64,000 bases of DNA from Spirochaetia bacterium (GTDB taxonomy: Bacteria; Spirochaetota; Spirochaetia; DSM-16054; Sediminispirochaetaceae): contig JAXHMY010000001.1 of assembly GCA_034520965.1 (NCBI GenBank), positions 960,001 to 1,024,000 on the forward strand, written 5' to 3'. Position numbers and translations under genes: made by a program. Of the stretch, positions 1 through 10,482 are shown one piece after another. The first letter of the stretch is position 1, and every line of letters starts with the position of its first letter. The notes under the pieces are model-generated. The model saw only the letters and a program-made list of their open reading frames with translations. It had not been told where the DNA came from and ran no database searches.

Positions 1-139
1 CGATCTTAAAAGAAGAGTTACAAGAAGTCAATTTACTCTACTCAAATGCGTAATTCCTTGGTAAGCTGTAGGCAATGTTCAAAAAAAGGATGCAAAGGCC
101 AAAAAACTGAAGGCCAAACTCCAGCTCATCATCTCGATT

Positions 140-2218
140 GTGCTGTTTATTCAAATAGTTATTATCAGCACCCTGTCGCTGTTTCTGTTCCATCAGAATA
201 TCTCCAGTAATGCAAACGCTGAACTTAGCCAGGATCTGGAACAAACCAACTCTTCCCTCGCCTACATAAAACAGACTCTATTCAACCGTGTGTTTCTACT
301 GCGGTACACCATAGAAGAGATGCAAACTCAAGACCTAGCCCCCGACACCCTCCATAAACGGATTCGTACACATTTTAATTCGGTCGATACCGATCGAGTG
401 GTGCTGCTGGCTGAGTCGGGGGAAGTTCTTTTTCGAATTGACAGGCAGGCTGAAAAAATGACTCCCATCGAAGAGAGTCTGGAGCTTGGGCAATTCGATT
501 TTCTTAAAAGTAAATACGTCTTTGATGACAGCCCTCAGCAGCAGCTCTATCTGATTACCGGTACAAAGGTCTACCATCCTGAGGGAAAGCGGTACTATCT
601 GCTTTTTATAAACTCTCTGGACAAAGACTTTGCCTACAACCTCTATAAGAAGACCGGAATCAACTTTGTGCTGTTTGTCAAAGACCAGCCCATCTGTTCG
701 GTTGTGCCGGACTTCACCCTTCCCCCCAATTCCGGCAGTACCTTCAATGAAATCAAAATTGCATCAACCCCCTACAGAATAAAAACCGATCTCTTATCTT
801 CTGCTATCCCCGGGGGGCTCAGGCTTACTGTCCTCAGGTCGCACCTGCAGGACAGTTTGTACCTGCGCTGGCTGACCACCATCTTCATAGTCTCCTTTTT
901 TGTGACACTCATAATATCTCTGGGCTATATCGTTGGGGTGACCAACCGCATTCTGTTCCCCTTTTATGAACTCAACTCCTGGCTCGCGGAATACCTTAAA
1001 ACCGGAAAATCCGAGGAACTTAGTATCACCCAAGCCGGAGGGGAGATCGAATTTCTTACCCAAACCTTTTATTCAATGGTCCAAAAGCTTATCAAGGAAG
1101 AACAGATAATCAGAAAACAGCTGCATGAAATATCATTTCTAAATAGATACAACACCGAAATAATGGAAAACCTTAAAGCCGGTGTGCTGATACTCGATCC
1201 CGACGGGTTCATCGATTTTCTGAACCAGTACCTCCGCTCTATTCTGCAGATTCCAGCACAGGAAAGTATTATAGGAACCCCTTATACGCAGTTCTTTACC
1301 TCCTATTTCAATCCGGAAGGCAAGTGGACAGAGTTTCCAAAGCTGCAATTTGGGGCTAAGCGTTCATACCTGCTGAGTATAAAAGACAGTAATAATATTG
1401 AAACCAAGCTCTCCTTAAAACTATCGTACCTTGACGAGAACGACCAACAAAGCCGGGTGCTGATTGTATTAGAAGATATCACCGACACCGAACGCATCTG
1501 GAACAAGATTCTCATTACCGAAAAGGTCTCCTCCATGGGTCTGCTCTCCGCCGGTATGGCCCATGAAATTAATAACCCCCTTGGCTCCATCCAGTCTCAT
1601 ATAAACTACCTCAAGGCGGTCGAAGGGGATGCGGAGAAAAAAGACTCGATTATGTGGCTGGAAACCGAGACCAAGCGTATAGAGGGAATCGTAAAGCAAG
1701 TGCTCACCTTTTCCCATGACAGCGATACTAATTCCTCGGTGTCGGACATCCATTCAGTAATTCACGATGTGATAGAAGTAAGTAAATACAGCATCAGGGA
1801 CAAGGACATTCACATTGACAAGCAGCTCCGATCGACACATCCAAGCGCCCGCATACCCCAGGATGAGGCCAAACAGGTCTTTCTGAATCTGTTTCTAAAC
1901 GCCACCCAGGCAATCGAGACCCAGGGGGGTATAAGCTTCACCACTGAAAATAGGGGAGCCTACGTTCACGTAATTATTGAGGACTCAGGAAATGGAATAG
2001 ATGCAGAGCACCTGAAGGATATCTTTAATCCCTTTTTTACCACTAAATCCAGCACCAAGGCTAACGGCTTGGGTCTCTCAATTGTGTATAACATACTCAG
2101 AAAAGCCGGAGGTGATATCCATATACAAAGCACCGTCCAAAAAGGAACCACCGTCGAGGTAACCCTGCCGGTGGCCGACAAAGGAGAGAACGAGTCCTAT
2201 GAACATTTTGATTACTGA
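140..2218 (+). CDS. Membrane sensor histidine kinase (2 TM, extracytoplasmic domain, HAMP/PAS-like, HisKA, HATPase), NtrB-like
   Basis: H-box 'AGMAHEINNPL', N-box 'NLFLNATQAI', 'DSGNGI', 'FNPFFTTK', 'GLGLSI'. True start may be an ATG at 75 or 90 via a homopolymer frameshift. Confidence 0.93.
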   Translation: MLFIQIVIISTLSLFLFHQNISSNANAELSQDLEQTNSSLAYIKQTLFNRVFLLRYTIEEMQTQDLAPDTLHKRIRTHFNSVDTDRVVLLAESGEVLFRIDRQAEKMTPIEESLELGQFDFLKSKYVFDDSPQQQLYLITGTKVYHPEGKRYYLLFINSLDKDFAYNLYKKTGINFVLFVKDQPICSVVPDFTLPPNSGSTFNEIKIASTPYRIKTDLLSSAIPGGLRLTVLRSHLQDSLYLRWLTTIFIVSFFVTLIISLGYIVGVTNRILFPFYELNSWLAEYLKTGKSEELSITQAGGEIEFLTQTFYSMVQKLIKEEQIIRKQLHEISFLNRYNTEIMENLKAGVLILDPDGFIDFLNQYLRSILQIPAQESIIGTPYTQFFTSYFNPEGKWTEFPKLQFGAKRSYLLSIKDSNNIETKLSLKLSYLDENDQQSRVLIVLEDITDTERIWNKILITEKVSSMGLLSAGMAHEINNPLGSIQSHINYLKAVEGDAEKKDSIMWLETETKRIEGIVKQVLTFSHDSDTNSSVSDIHSVIHDVIEVSKYSIRDKDIHIDKQLRSTHPSARIPQDEAKQVFLNLFLNATQAIETQGGISFTTENRGAYVHVIIEDSGNGIDAEHLKDIFNPFFTTKSSTKANGLGLSIVYNILRKAGGDIHIQSTVQKGTTVEVTLPVADKGENESYEHFDY

Positions 2219-3557
2219 TGATGAAATCGGCCTGCGCCACGGTCTGACAAAACGTCTCCGTATTGAAGGCTATGAAGTATTCGGGGCATCCAATTCCAGG
2301 GAAGCTATAGACATAATCGGGCGGCAGAAAATCCATATTATCTTGTTGGATTTACGTCTGGCCGATGAAGACGGGCATTCACTGCTGGAGGATATAAAAA
2401 CCAAGGAACCGGATATATCCATAATTATTATTACCGGCTACGGGACAATCCAAAGTGCGGTTAACTGCATGCTGGCCGGGGCGTCTAACTATCTGACAAA
2501 ACCAATCGATCAAGACATGCTGCTCACCTCAATAAATAGAGAGGTCCAGACCATAACTCTCCAGTCTGAAAATGCAGGCCTCAAACAAAGCCTTGACGAC
2601 TTTGTAGAAAAAGAGAAAGTTGTAACTTCTTCAATCCGACTTCCCCCCCATGTTGATGATATCATCCAAAAAGTAAAGAACTTAGATGTGAATATTCTTA
2701 TATCAGGGGAAACAGGCACCGGGAAAGAAGTGACCGCGAAGAGGATCCACTTCTCCGGAGAGTACCGTGAGACCCCCTTTATCAGCATTAATTGCTCTGC
2801 TCTCAATGACAACCTTATAGAAAGCGAACTATTCGGACACGAAAAGGGGGCTTTCACCGGTGCGAACAGCCGGAAATTAGGGCGCTTTGAAATCGCGGGC
2901 CAGGGAACGCTGTTTCTGGACGAAATAGGCGACATGTCCCTTACCATGCAGAGTAAACTGCTGCGAGTAATCGAAGAGCGCAGCTTTGAGCGCGTGGGTG
3001 GGACCCAGAAGATTCATACTAACTGCAGGATAATTGCCGCTACCAATAAAGATCTGAAGCAGTCGGTTCAAGAGCAGAGATTCAGGAGCGACCTGTATTA
3101 TCGCCTTAACGTAGTTGAAATCGCCCTACCCCCTTTACGCGAACGAAGCAACGAAATTCCCTACTTGGTCGATCATTTCATTGAAGAGGCAAACCGGGAG
3201 TACAACAAAAATATTGAAACCATTTCAAGCGGTTTACTGGATCAGATTTTGGCCTACCCCTGGCCGGGAAATATTCGTCAATTGAAAAATGTGATTACCA
3301 ATGCAGTGCTGCTCTCTGATGGAGACAGCTTTCAGTCACTCAACATTCCCGACTTTGAGCAGGGCTGCAACGACTCGGAGTCAGTAAGCTCCTTTATCAA
3401 TTTAAAAGCATATGTCGACCAGCATACCGATAAGCTGGAAAAAGAGGTGCTTTCGAAAGTTCTGGAGGAGGAGAAACGCAATATAAGCAGCACCGCCTCA
3501 AGACTCGGTATTTCCAGAAAAACTTTATATAAAAAGATTGAGAGTCACGGCCTATGA
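2199..3557 (+). CDS. Sigma-54-dependent response regulator (REC-AAA+-Fis HTH), NtrC family
   Basis: Receiver 'ILITDDE...LLDLRL', Walker A 'GETGTGKE', 'ESELFGHEKGAFTGA', 'WPGNIRQL', C-terminal 'LGISRKTLYKK'. Confidence 0.96.
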   Translation: MNILITDDEIGLRHGLTKRLRIEGYEVFGASNSREAIDIIGRQKIHIILLDLRLADEDGHSLLEDIKTKEPDISIIIITGYGTIQSAVNCMLAGASNYLTKPIDQDMLLTSINREVQTITLQSENAGLKQSLDDFVEKEKVVTSSIRLPPHVDDIIQKVKNLDVNILISGETGTGKEVTAKRIHFSGEYRETPFISINCSALNDNLIESELFGHEKGAFTGANSRKLGRFEIAGQGTLFLDEIGDMSLTMQSKLLRVIEERSFERVGGTQKIHTNCRIIAATNKDLKQSVQEQRFRSDLYYRLNVVEIALPPLRERSNEIPYLVDHFIEEANREYNKNIETISSGLLDQILAYPWPGNIRQLKNVITNAVLLSDGDSFQSLNIPDFEQGCNDSESVSSFINLKAYVDQHTDKLEKEVLSKVLEEEKRNISSTASRLGISRKTLYKKIESHGL

Positions 3558-4818
3558 AACAGTATGTGGTAATTGGGATCTTATTAATGTTAGGGGTGGG
3601 TTTGCTGTTTTTCTTCCTGCGTCCCCCTGCAAACCTCGGCAATAAACTGGAGATTTTCAGTTGGTGGACTGCGATGGGGGAAGAAGAAGCCTTGAGTGAA
3701 TTATACCGGCTTTACCGCGAGCAAAACCCGGAAGTGGAAATTATCAATGCCACAGTGGTGGGCGGCATGGGTTCAAAAGCGAGGTCGGTGCTGGGAACCC
3801 GAATGGCGGGAAACAACCCGCCGGATGCCTTTCAGGTACTGGCCGGGCCCAGCCTGATGAAACTTTGGATCAAACCCGGCTATCTTGAGGACATCTCATT
3901 TATTTATGAGCAGAACAACCTGTTGAACCTGTTTCCACCGGAAATAATAGAGAAATTGAGTTACCGGGGTGGTATCTTCGCCATACCTATAAATATCCAT
4001 CGCGAGAACGTACTTTGGTACAATAAAGCACTTTTCGAACGTTACGGAATATCCCCGCCCCGGAGCTCGGAAGACTTATATGCAGCACTAGAACAGCTTG
4101 CAGCCCATGGAATTACCCCCCTGGCTGTCGGTGACAGCAACCACTGGCCGGCACTCCATTTGTTTGAATCCATATTGGTTGCACAACTGAGCGCAGAAGA
4201 GTACCAGGGCCTTTGAATGGAGACAGCGAATGGGATACCCGGGAGATGGAGGCTGTCCTGCGCCAGTTCAGGGATATGTTTTACTACGTAAATTCCGACC
4301 ATGCTGCTCTTACCTGGGACGAGGCGGTGCAGTATATGATAGACGGCAAATGTGCCATGACGGTGATGGGCGATTTTGCCGAGGGGTACCTGAAGGCAAA
4401 AGGGCTCAGACCGAACAGGGAGTTCGGCTGGGTACCCTTTCCAGGCTCTGGGGACAAATTTGTGCTAAACTCAGATACTTTTGCAATTCCCAAGGGGGCG
4501 GTCCACCGGGAGAACGCAGTTAAATGGCTTGAAATTGCAGCCTCTAAAGCCGGGCAGGATGCATTTAACCCAAAAAAAGGTTCTATTCCGGCGCGCCGGG
4601 ACAGCCGAAACGACATCGAGCGCTACGATGCGTATCAGCAGAGTTCGATACGGGCTTTTAGGGAACAGCAGATACTCGGCAGCGTGACCCACGGCACAGT
4701 CGCTCCTGATGCCTGGCGCAACGAGTTGTACCGCATCATCGATTCCTTCATAGTAGACAAGGATATCCCCCTTGCGAAAGAAAAGTTACAGACCACCGCC
4801 CAAAAGTATGTAGAGTAA
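3554..4818 (+). CDS. Sugar-binding protein (glucose/mannose-binding type) with N-terminal hydrophobic anchor; one frameshift near 4213
   Basis: ORFs 3554-4216 and 4213-4818 join into one SBP: 'FSWWTAMGEEEAL', 'GNNPPDAFQ', 'PINIHRENVLWYN', 'FNPKKGSIPAR'. Overlaps the response-regulator stop. Confidence 0.85.
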
Positions 4819-4826
4819 AAAGCCAA

Positions 4827-4873
4827 AAAGCTGTTTCGCCGCGGTAACAGTGTTACCCGGAGGAAACAGCTTT
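4827..4873. promoter_or_regulatory. Inverted repeat: terminator and/or enhancer site upstream of the sigma-54 promoter
   Basis: AAAGCTGTTTC...GAAACAGCTTT stem enclosing the palindrome GGTAAC-agt-GTTACC, about 140 bp upstream of a -24/-12 promoter. Confidence 0.5.
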
Positions 4874-5001
4874 ATTTTGAATTCCTCCGAATGTGGACCT
4901 CCTGTGTGTGGTAACGGGTAATTCCCAACAAAGCTTTAACTATCCACACTGAAATGCCTTACTCCCTGGGTGGATAGATTTTATTTCAGTTACTGCACTC
5001 T

Positions 5002-5017
5002 TGGCATGGAATATGCT
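5002..5017 (+). promoter_or_regulatory. Sigma-54 (-24/-12) promoter
   Basis: TGGCATGGAATATGCT = GG-N10-GC consensus, upstream of RBS AGGAGG and ATG 5055, next to an NtrC-family gene. Confidence 0.82.
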
Positions 5018-5054
5018 TACTATTGAGTGTAAAAAACTCAAGGAGGTAGTAGTA

Positions 5055-6343
5055 ATGAAAAAACTACTCGTAATCATGGTCACGCTGGCCGTGGTTTTTT
5101 CTGCGCCGGTGTTTGCCGGCGGACAACAAGAGGAAGCTGAAGGTGACGGACAGGAAATGGCCAAGGCCATTGAGGTACTACACTGGTGGACATCCGGTGG
5201 TGAAGCCGCTGCGCTGAACGTACTGAAAGAAAAAGTCGAAGCCGAAGGTATACAGTGGGTCGACACACCGGTCGCAGGTGGAAGCGGTGTACAGGCAATG
5301 ACTGTACTGCGTTCACGGGTAACTGCAGGAAACCCGCCGGCGGCAGTGCAAATGCTCGGATATGATATTCTTGACTGGGCCGATTTGGACGTAGTAGCCA
5401 ACCTAAACGAACTGGCTGAAGAAGAGAATTGGGACGCAGTAATCCCCGACGCAATTAAAAAGTTCTCTAAATACGATGGGAAATGGATTGCAGCCCCGGT
5501 AAATGTACACTCCGAAAACTGGGTATGGGCCAACCAGAAAATCTGTGATGACCTAGGAATTGAACTACCCATTACCACCTGGGAAGGGTATGTGGATGCC
5601 CTGCAGAAAGTACAGGACTCGGGAAAAGTAGCCCTGGCCCACGGCGGCGGACCCTGGCAGACAGGAACGATTTCTAATCCGGCGGTACTGGGAGTCGGCG
5701 GCATCCTGATATTCTACGAAAAAACAATGAATGTTCCAATGGATCAGGATGCACTTAAGTCCGATCAGATGCTGGAAGCCTTCAAGCGGATGGAGACTCT
5801 ACGCGGTTTTGTTGACGATAATTTCAGCGGACGCGACTGGAACCTGGCCTCCGCAATGGTAATCAAAGGGCAGGGCGGCCTTTCAAATGATGGGTGACTT
5901 CGCAAAAGGAGAAATCCGGCAGACATGGTACCGGGCGAGGATTTCTTCGGTTTCCGTACCCCCGGCACGAAAGGTTCTGTTACCTTTAACGCCGACCAGT
6001 TTGTAATGTTTGAAAAAGAATCCCAGGCAAAGAAAAATGCCCAAAAGGTTCTGGCCAAAAACGTAATGGTACTGGAATTCCAGTGTCCTTTAACGTGAAA
6101 ACGTTCGGTACCGGCACGCACAGACGTACCAGATGATGAGTTTACTATCATTGGGAAAGAGGCGATGAAAGACCTGGCCCAAGCCAATGATGACGGAACC
6201 CTCTTTGGTTCTCTGGCCCACTACATGGGGGACCCTCCGCCATTAAGAGGTGTATTTGATGTAGTAAGCGCCCATTTTAGTTACAATACACCGCTGAAGA
6301 AGCTGTTGAAGCCTTGGCTAAAGCAGTAGCAGCAGCAGAATAA
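5055..6343 (+). CDS. ABC transporter sugar-binding protein (glucose/mannose, GtsA-like); several frameshifts after ~5870
   Basis: Signal peptide then 'FAGGQQE', 'EVLHWWTSGGEAAAL', 'GNPPAAVQM', 'APVNVHSENWVW', 'GRDWNLASAMVI'. Homologous sequence continues in other frames to TAA 6341-6343. Confidence 0.85.
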
Positions 6344-6393
6344 TTTTTAGTAGACGGGAACCTGGGTGGGCCTCTTCGGCCTGTCCTTGCTTA

Positions 6394-7305
6394 ATGCCTC
6401 TTCACGGGAGTACAATGATCATGATTATTAAGAACAAGTGGCACCTGTCCAAGGATGATGTAGTTGCCAGAGTTGTGTTGTTCCCCACCGTTCTGCTGTC
6501 GGCAGTCTGCGTGTACGGCTTTATTATATACACAATTTATATATCCTTTACCGGCTCGACTATCATGCCAATCTACGAATGGGTCGGCTTTGAAAATTAC
6601 GAGAAACTGTGGCAACTGCGTCACTGGCACATCGCCATAAAGAACATGGCGATTTTTGGTGTTCTATATATCGGGATCAGTACTGTGGTTGGACTGGTGC
6701 TGGCTATTTTGATTGATATGAATAGAATGGGCGAGATAATATTCCGCCCCGTTTTTCTTTATCCAATGGCGATTTCATTTATCGTTACAGGTACCGCCTG
6801 GAAGTGGTTTCTGGATCCGGGAATCGGCCTGGAGCATATCATGCATTTATGGGGCTTCGCCTCCTTTCAATTTGACTGGATAAAAAACTCGGATTTCGCA
6901 ATCTATACAGTTGTAATTGCAGCTATCTGGCAGGTTACCGGTTTTGTAATGGTAATTTTTCTGGCCGGATTGCGTGGCATTAACCATACCACCATCGAGT
7001 CGGGTGTGGTCGACGGAGCCACAAACTTTCAGCTGTATACACGGGTGATCATCCCCCAATTAGGGGCCTCCTTCTTATCGGCCTTTGTAATTCTGGGTCA
7101 TATGGCTATAAAATCGTATGATTTGGTCATTGCGTTGACAAACGGCGGTCCGGGTCAGGCCACAGCGCTGCCCTCGACCTTTATGTACTCCTATACCTTT
7201 ACCAGAAGCCGGATGGGAATAGGTGCCAGCGCGGCGGTAATGATGCTGATAGCAATCATGCTGATCATTGTACCGTATATCAAGAAACAGGTAGAGGAGG
7301 ACTAA
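6394..7305 (+). CDS. Carbohydrate ABC transporter permease 1
   Basis: Multiple TM segments, EAA-like loop 'IESGVVDGAT', 'LTNGGPG'. Confidence 0.92.
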   Translation: MPLHGSTMIMIIKNKWHLSKDDVVARVVLFPTVLLSAVCVYGFIIYTIYISFTGSTIMPIYEWVGFENYEKLWQLRHWHIAIKNMAIFGVLYIGISTVVGLVLAILIDMNRMGEIIFRPVFLYPMAISFIVTGTAWKWFLDPGIGLEHIMHLWGFASFQFDWIKNSDFAIYTVVIAAIWQVTGFVMVIFLAGLRGINHTTIESGVVDGATNFQLYTRVIIPQLGASFLSAFVILGHMAIKSYDLVIALTNGGPGQATALPSTFMYSYTFTRSRMGIGASAAVMMLIAIMLIIVPYIKKQVEED

Positions 7306-7307
7306 CA

Positions 7308-8191
7308 ATGACTATCAGCGAAACTACCCGTCTAAGCCGTTTCTCAAAATTCATCATTGTCACAGTTTTAACCCGCATTGTCGCAGTCTGATTCCCTGGC
7401 GCCTTTCTACGTTATGCTGGTAAACTCCGTAAAACCCCTGTCGGTAAGTTCAGGATGGTAACATGCTGGCCCTGCCCCAGGGATTTCTCCTTCGAGTGTC
7501 GGGTAAAAGCCTGGAAAACCGCCCAGGTAGGGGTGAATGCCACGGGACTGCGCCCTTACTTTTTTAACTCCGTAAAGATTGTAATTCCCGCCGTACTTCT
7601 ATCAACTCTGTTCGGATCCTTCAGCGGCTTCGTACTAGCAAAATGGCGTTTTAAGGGAGACAGCTTACTATTCGGGCTGACACTTGTTGCAGGATGCTTT
7701 CTTATCCCCTTTCAGATCGTTTTGATTCCGATGGCGCGAGTTCTGGGTATTCTGGGTATTGCCGGAACAACCAGCGGACTAGTACTGGTTCACCTGGCCT
7801 ACGGGGTGGGCTCATACCCTTTTCTTCCGCAACACCTATGCGAATCTGCCGGACGAGTTAATCCAGTCGGCCCAGGTTGACGGGGCGCGATTTATGAAAA
7901 TTTTTACAAGTATTATCCTTCCAACTTCCGCACCGGTAATCGCGGTCACCATTATCTGGCAGACCACCAATATTTGGAACGACTTTTTGTTCGGAGTATC
8001 CTTTGGCGACTCCCGATCGCAGCCAATGACAGTCGCCTTGAACAACCTCGTCCAGTCGTCCACCGGTGTAAAGGAGTACAACGTTCACTTTGCCGGAGCA
8101 ATCATGGCGGCCCTCCCGACACTCTTTATCTACATTGTATCGGGACGTCACTTTTGTACGTGGTTTGATGTCCGGTTCGGTCAAGGGGTAA
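7308..8191 (+). CDS. Carbohydrate ABC transporter permease 2 (frameshifted)
   Basis: Fragments 'YFFNSVKIVIPAVLLS', 'LPDELIQSAQVDGA', 'IWNDFLFG', ending 'SGSVKG*' at 8191. Confidence 0.8.
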
Positions 8192-9499
8192 TTAATGGCT
8201 TCCAGACCATTGGGAATTGAAGCAGAGATGCGATTTGCCCCCCTGTATTCAGAGGTGTACCCACACTTTTTTTAGAGGAGGCCTGCCAATGCTTATCCCC
8301 CCTTTTTTGTCCCCATCCCGAATGTGATTATCACACAAAGCCACCTGCCCCCCGGCGTTGGTACCACATCTCCGGCAGCTACGAGACCCTGGCCCAAGGG
8401 ACGGTCACCCGCTTCAAATGCCTCGGCTGTGGCGGAGGGTTTAGCGAGCAAACCTTCCGCCTGGACTACTATGTTGAAGCGAAAAGCTTCGACTATCAGG
8501 TGATTTTCGATCATATGACCAACTGCGGAGGAGTGCGTAAAACCGCCCGTATAATGGAGGTCAGCCACCAGGCGATTATCAACCGCCTGGGCCGTCTCGC
8601 CGGAGCAGGCCATTGCACTACAGGCCGATATCCTCCAGGACTACGTTCCCTGCTGAGGACCTGGTCACCGACGGGTTCGGCAAGCTTTTGTCAGCGATCA
8701 GTTCCAGCCAAATAACATTCACATCCCTGGCCGGGCAAGCGGTTCGCAGTTCTTTATCACCTTCGACTATGCCCATTTGCGGCGTAAGGGTCAAGATGAC
8801 CGAGCTGCAGAAGGACGAACGTGACCAGCGGGAGAGGCACTACATCCGCAAGAGGATCTCTATCGGTCAGTCGTTTCTTGCAGATCGCCCATTTGGTCGA
8901 ACAACATGCGCAGAAGCTCCGGCGGTTTACCTGCCTTTACAGCGATGAGAAAGCTCGAGTACGAAAGACTGGTCAGGGGTTCGGATGTGCTCCAGTGCCT
9001 GAAAAGCGAGGGGAGGTTTGAGCATGCGAGAGTCTCCTCACATTTAGCGCGCAGCCGTGCTCAATCCACTTTCTTCTCTGCCAATTATTTGGACAGGCGA
9101 TGCAGGAAAGATAATGCCAATCATGTGCGTGAGACGGTGCGCTTCTCCCAGAATGTCAATAATTGTCTCTGAGCGCATGGCGGTCTACCAGCTGTATCAG
9201 AATTATTTCAAGCCCTTTCGCATTGACCGGCCTTTTTTACAGGACTTCTCCCATGCCGAGTGGGCCGGGGTGCGCAGCCGGGCGTAAGTCGGCGCGAGGG
9301 GGCTGCGAGGCATCTTTACCATGCGCAGGCTCTAGCGCGCATGTAAAGCTCAACCGGTCGCAGCTGATGGTGTGGGCTCGGATGACCGGAACCCTGGAGA
9401 AGTTCGACGGGATGTACTGGCCGAAGTATGTGTGGATGTAGTCTGCCGTACTCGCAAGGTGGCATGAAAAGTCGCTGTCCGCATGGTTTGAACCATTAA
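8192..9499 (+). mobile_element. Insertion sequence (~1.3 kb, IS1-like transposase) with imperfect terminal inverted repeats and probable ~10-bp target duplication
   Basis: Left end TTAATGGCTTCCAGACCAT; right end (reverse complement) TTAATGGTTCAAACCAT. Flanks CAAGGGGTAA (8182-8191) and CAAAGGGTTAA (9500-9510). Confidence 0.72.
8289..9441 (+). pseudogene. Transposase (Zn-ribbon, HTH, DDE-like core), multiply frameshifted
   Basis: 'MLIPPFCPHPEC...FKCLGC', HTH 'GGVRKTARIMEVSHQAIINRL', 'EDLVTDGF', 'NYLDRRCRKDNANHVRETVRF', 'YQNYFKPFR'. Confidence 0.72.
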
Positions 9500-9604
9500 C
9501 AAAGGGTTAAGCCTGGTCCCCTGTGCTGAACTTTTGTTTTATTTGAAGCATAGGTGCGCTTTCTGCTGTTTTCTTCTAGCATAGCTTATTGTATACTAGG
9601 GGGT

Positions 9605-10312
9605 ATGAACATGCAGGAGTGGGCGGAGCTGCTGGAGCAGGAGCTGCTTCAAGCGGTTGAGGTAAAAGATCGAGATTCCTTACATCGATACATTACTTTA
9701 CTCAGCAAGAACCTGGTAGAGCAGCAGGTGTACCAGGACAATTTTACGCAGCTGCATAACGAAATACAGAGTTTCAGCGGCACCATGGAACAGGGGTTTC
9801 ATGGCATGGATGATCGCTTTAACGCGCAGGACCAAAAGTTTTTTGCTTTGCAGAAACAAATGAATGAGCGCTTCGATGCCCAGCAGAAGCTTATGGACGA
9901 GCGCTTTAACGCGCAGGACCAAAAGTTTTCTGCTTTGCAGAAACAAATGGATGAGCGCTTCGATGTCCAGCAGAAGCTTATGGACGAGCGCTTTAGCGCG
10001 CAGGACCAAAAGTTTTTTGCTTTGCAGAAGCAAATGGATGAGCGCTTCGATGCTCAACAGAAACAGATGGATGATCGCTTTAACGCGCAGGACCAAAAGT
10101 TTTTTGCTTTGCAGAAGCAGATGGATGAGCGCTTCGATGCCCAGCAGAAGCTTATGAATGCACGTTTTGATGCTCAACAGAAACAGATGGACGAGCGCTT
10201 CACTCAGCACGATAAACGGTTTGACGCACTCCATCGCGTATCGGTGCTGGGCTTTTCGGGGCTGGCCTTATTAATTACAGCCTTCAGCCTGGTGCTGCTT
10301 TTGTGGCGCTGA
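9605..10312 (+). CDS. Tandem-repeat coiled-coil protein with C-terminal membrane anchor
   Basis: Repeats 'MDERFNAQDQKFFALQKQ' and 'MDERFDAQQKL', hydrophobic C-terminus. TATACT lies 7 nt before the ATG. Confidence 0.85.
   Translation: MNMQEWAELLEQELLQAVEVKDRDSLHRYITLLSKNLVEQQVYQDNFTQLHNEIQSFSGTMEQGFHGMDDRFNAQDQKFFALQKQMNERFDAQQKLMDERFNAQDQKFSALQKQMDERFDVQQKLMDERFSAQDQKFFALQKQMDERFDAQQKQMDDRFNAQDQKFFALQKQMDERFDAQQKLMNARFDAQQKQMDERFTQHDKRFDALHRVSVLGFSGLALLITAFSLVLLLWR
9806..10220 (+). repeat. Coding tandem repeat: four 87-bp units (54+33 bp) plus further 33-bp units
   Basis: Near-identical units start at 9806, 9893, 9980 and 10067. Confidence 0.92.
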
Positions 10313-10482
10313 GTTCTCGGCGAATTGACCATAGGGCTAGCACTTCATACGCACTTTGATCTCCAGCTCGGTAAAGCCTGTGCTCTGGTTACTTTTGAAC
10401 GAAGTAAACCGACAAGTCTTATTGATTGACTGCGATTTTTTTGGCACACTCATCTTATCGCCTATACATAGGAAGGACCAAA

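Noticed and set aside
9806..10220. Regular repeats resembling a CRISPR array
   Set aside because: Units are contiguous, in-frame coding repeats with no unique spacers, and no cas genes are present.
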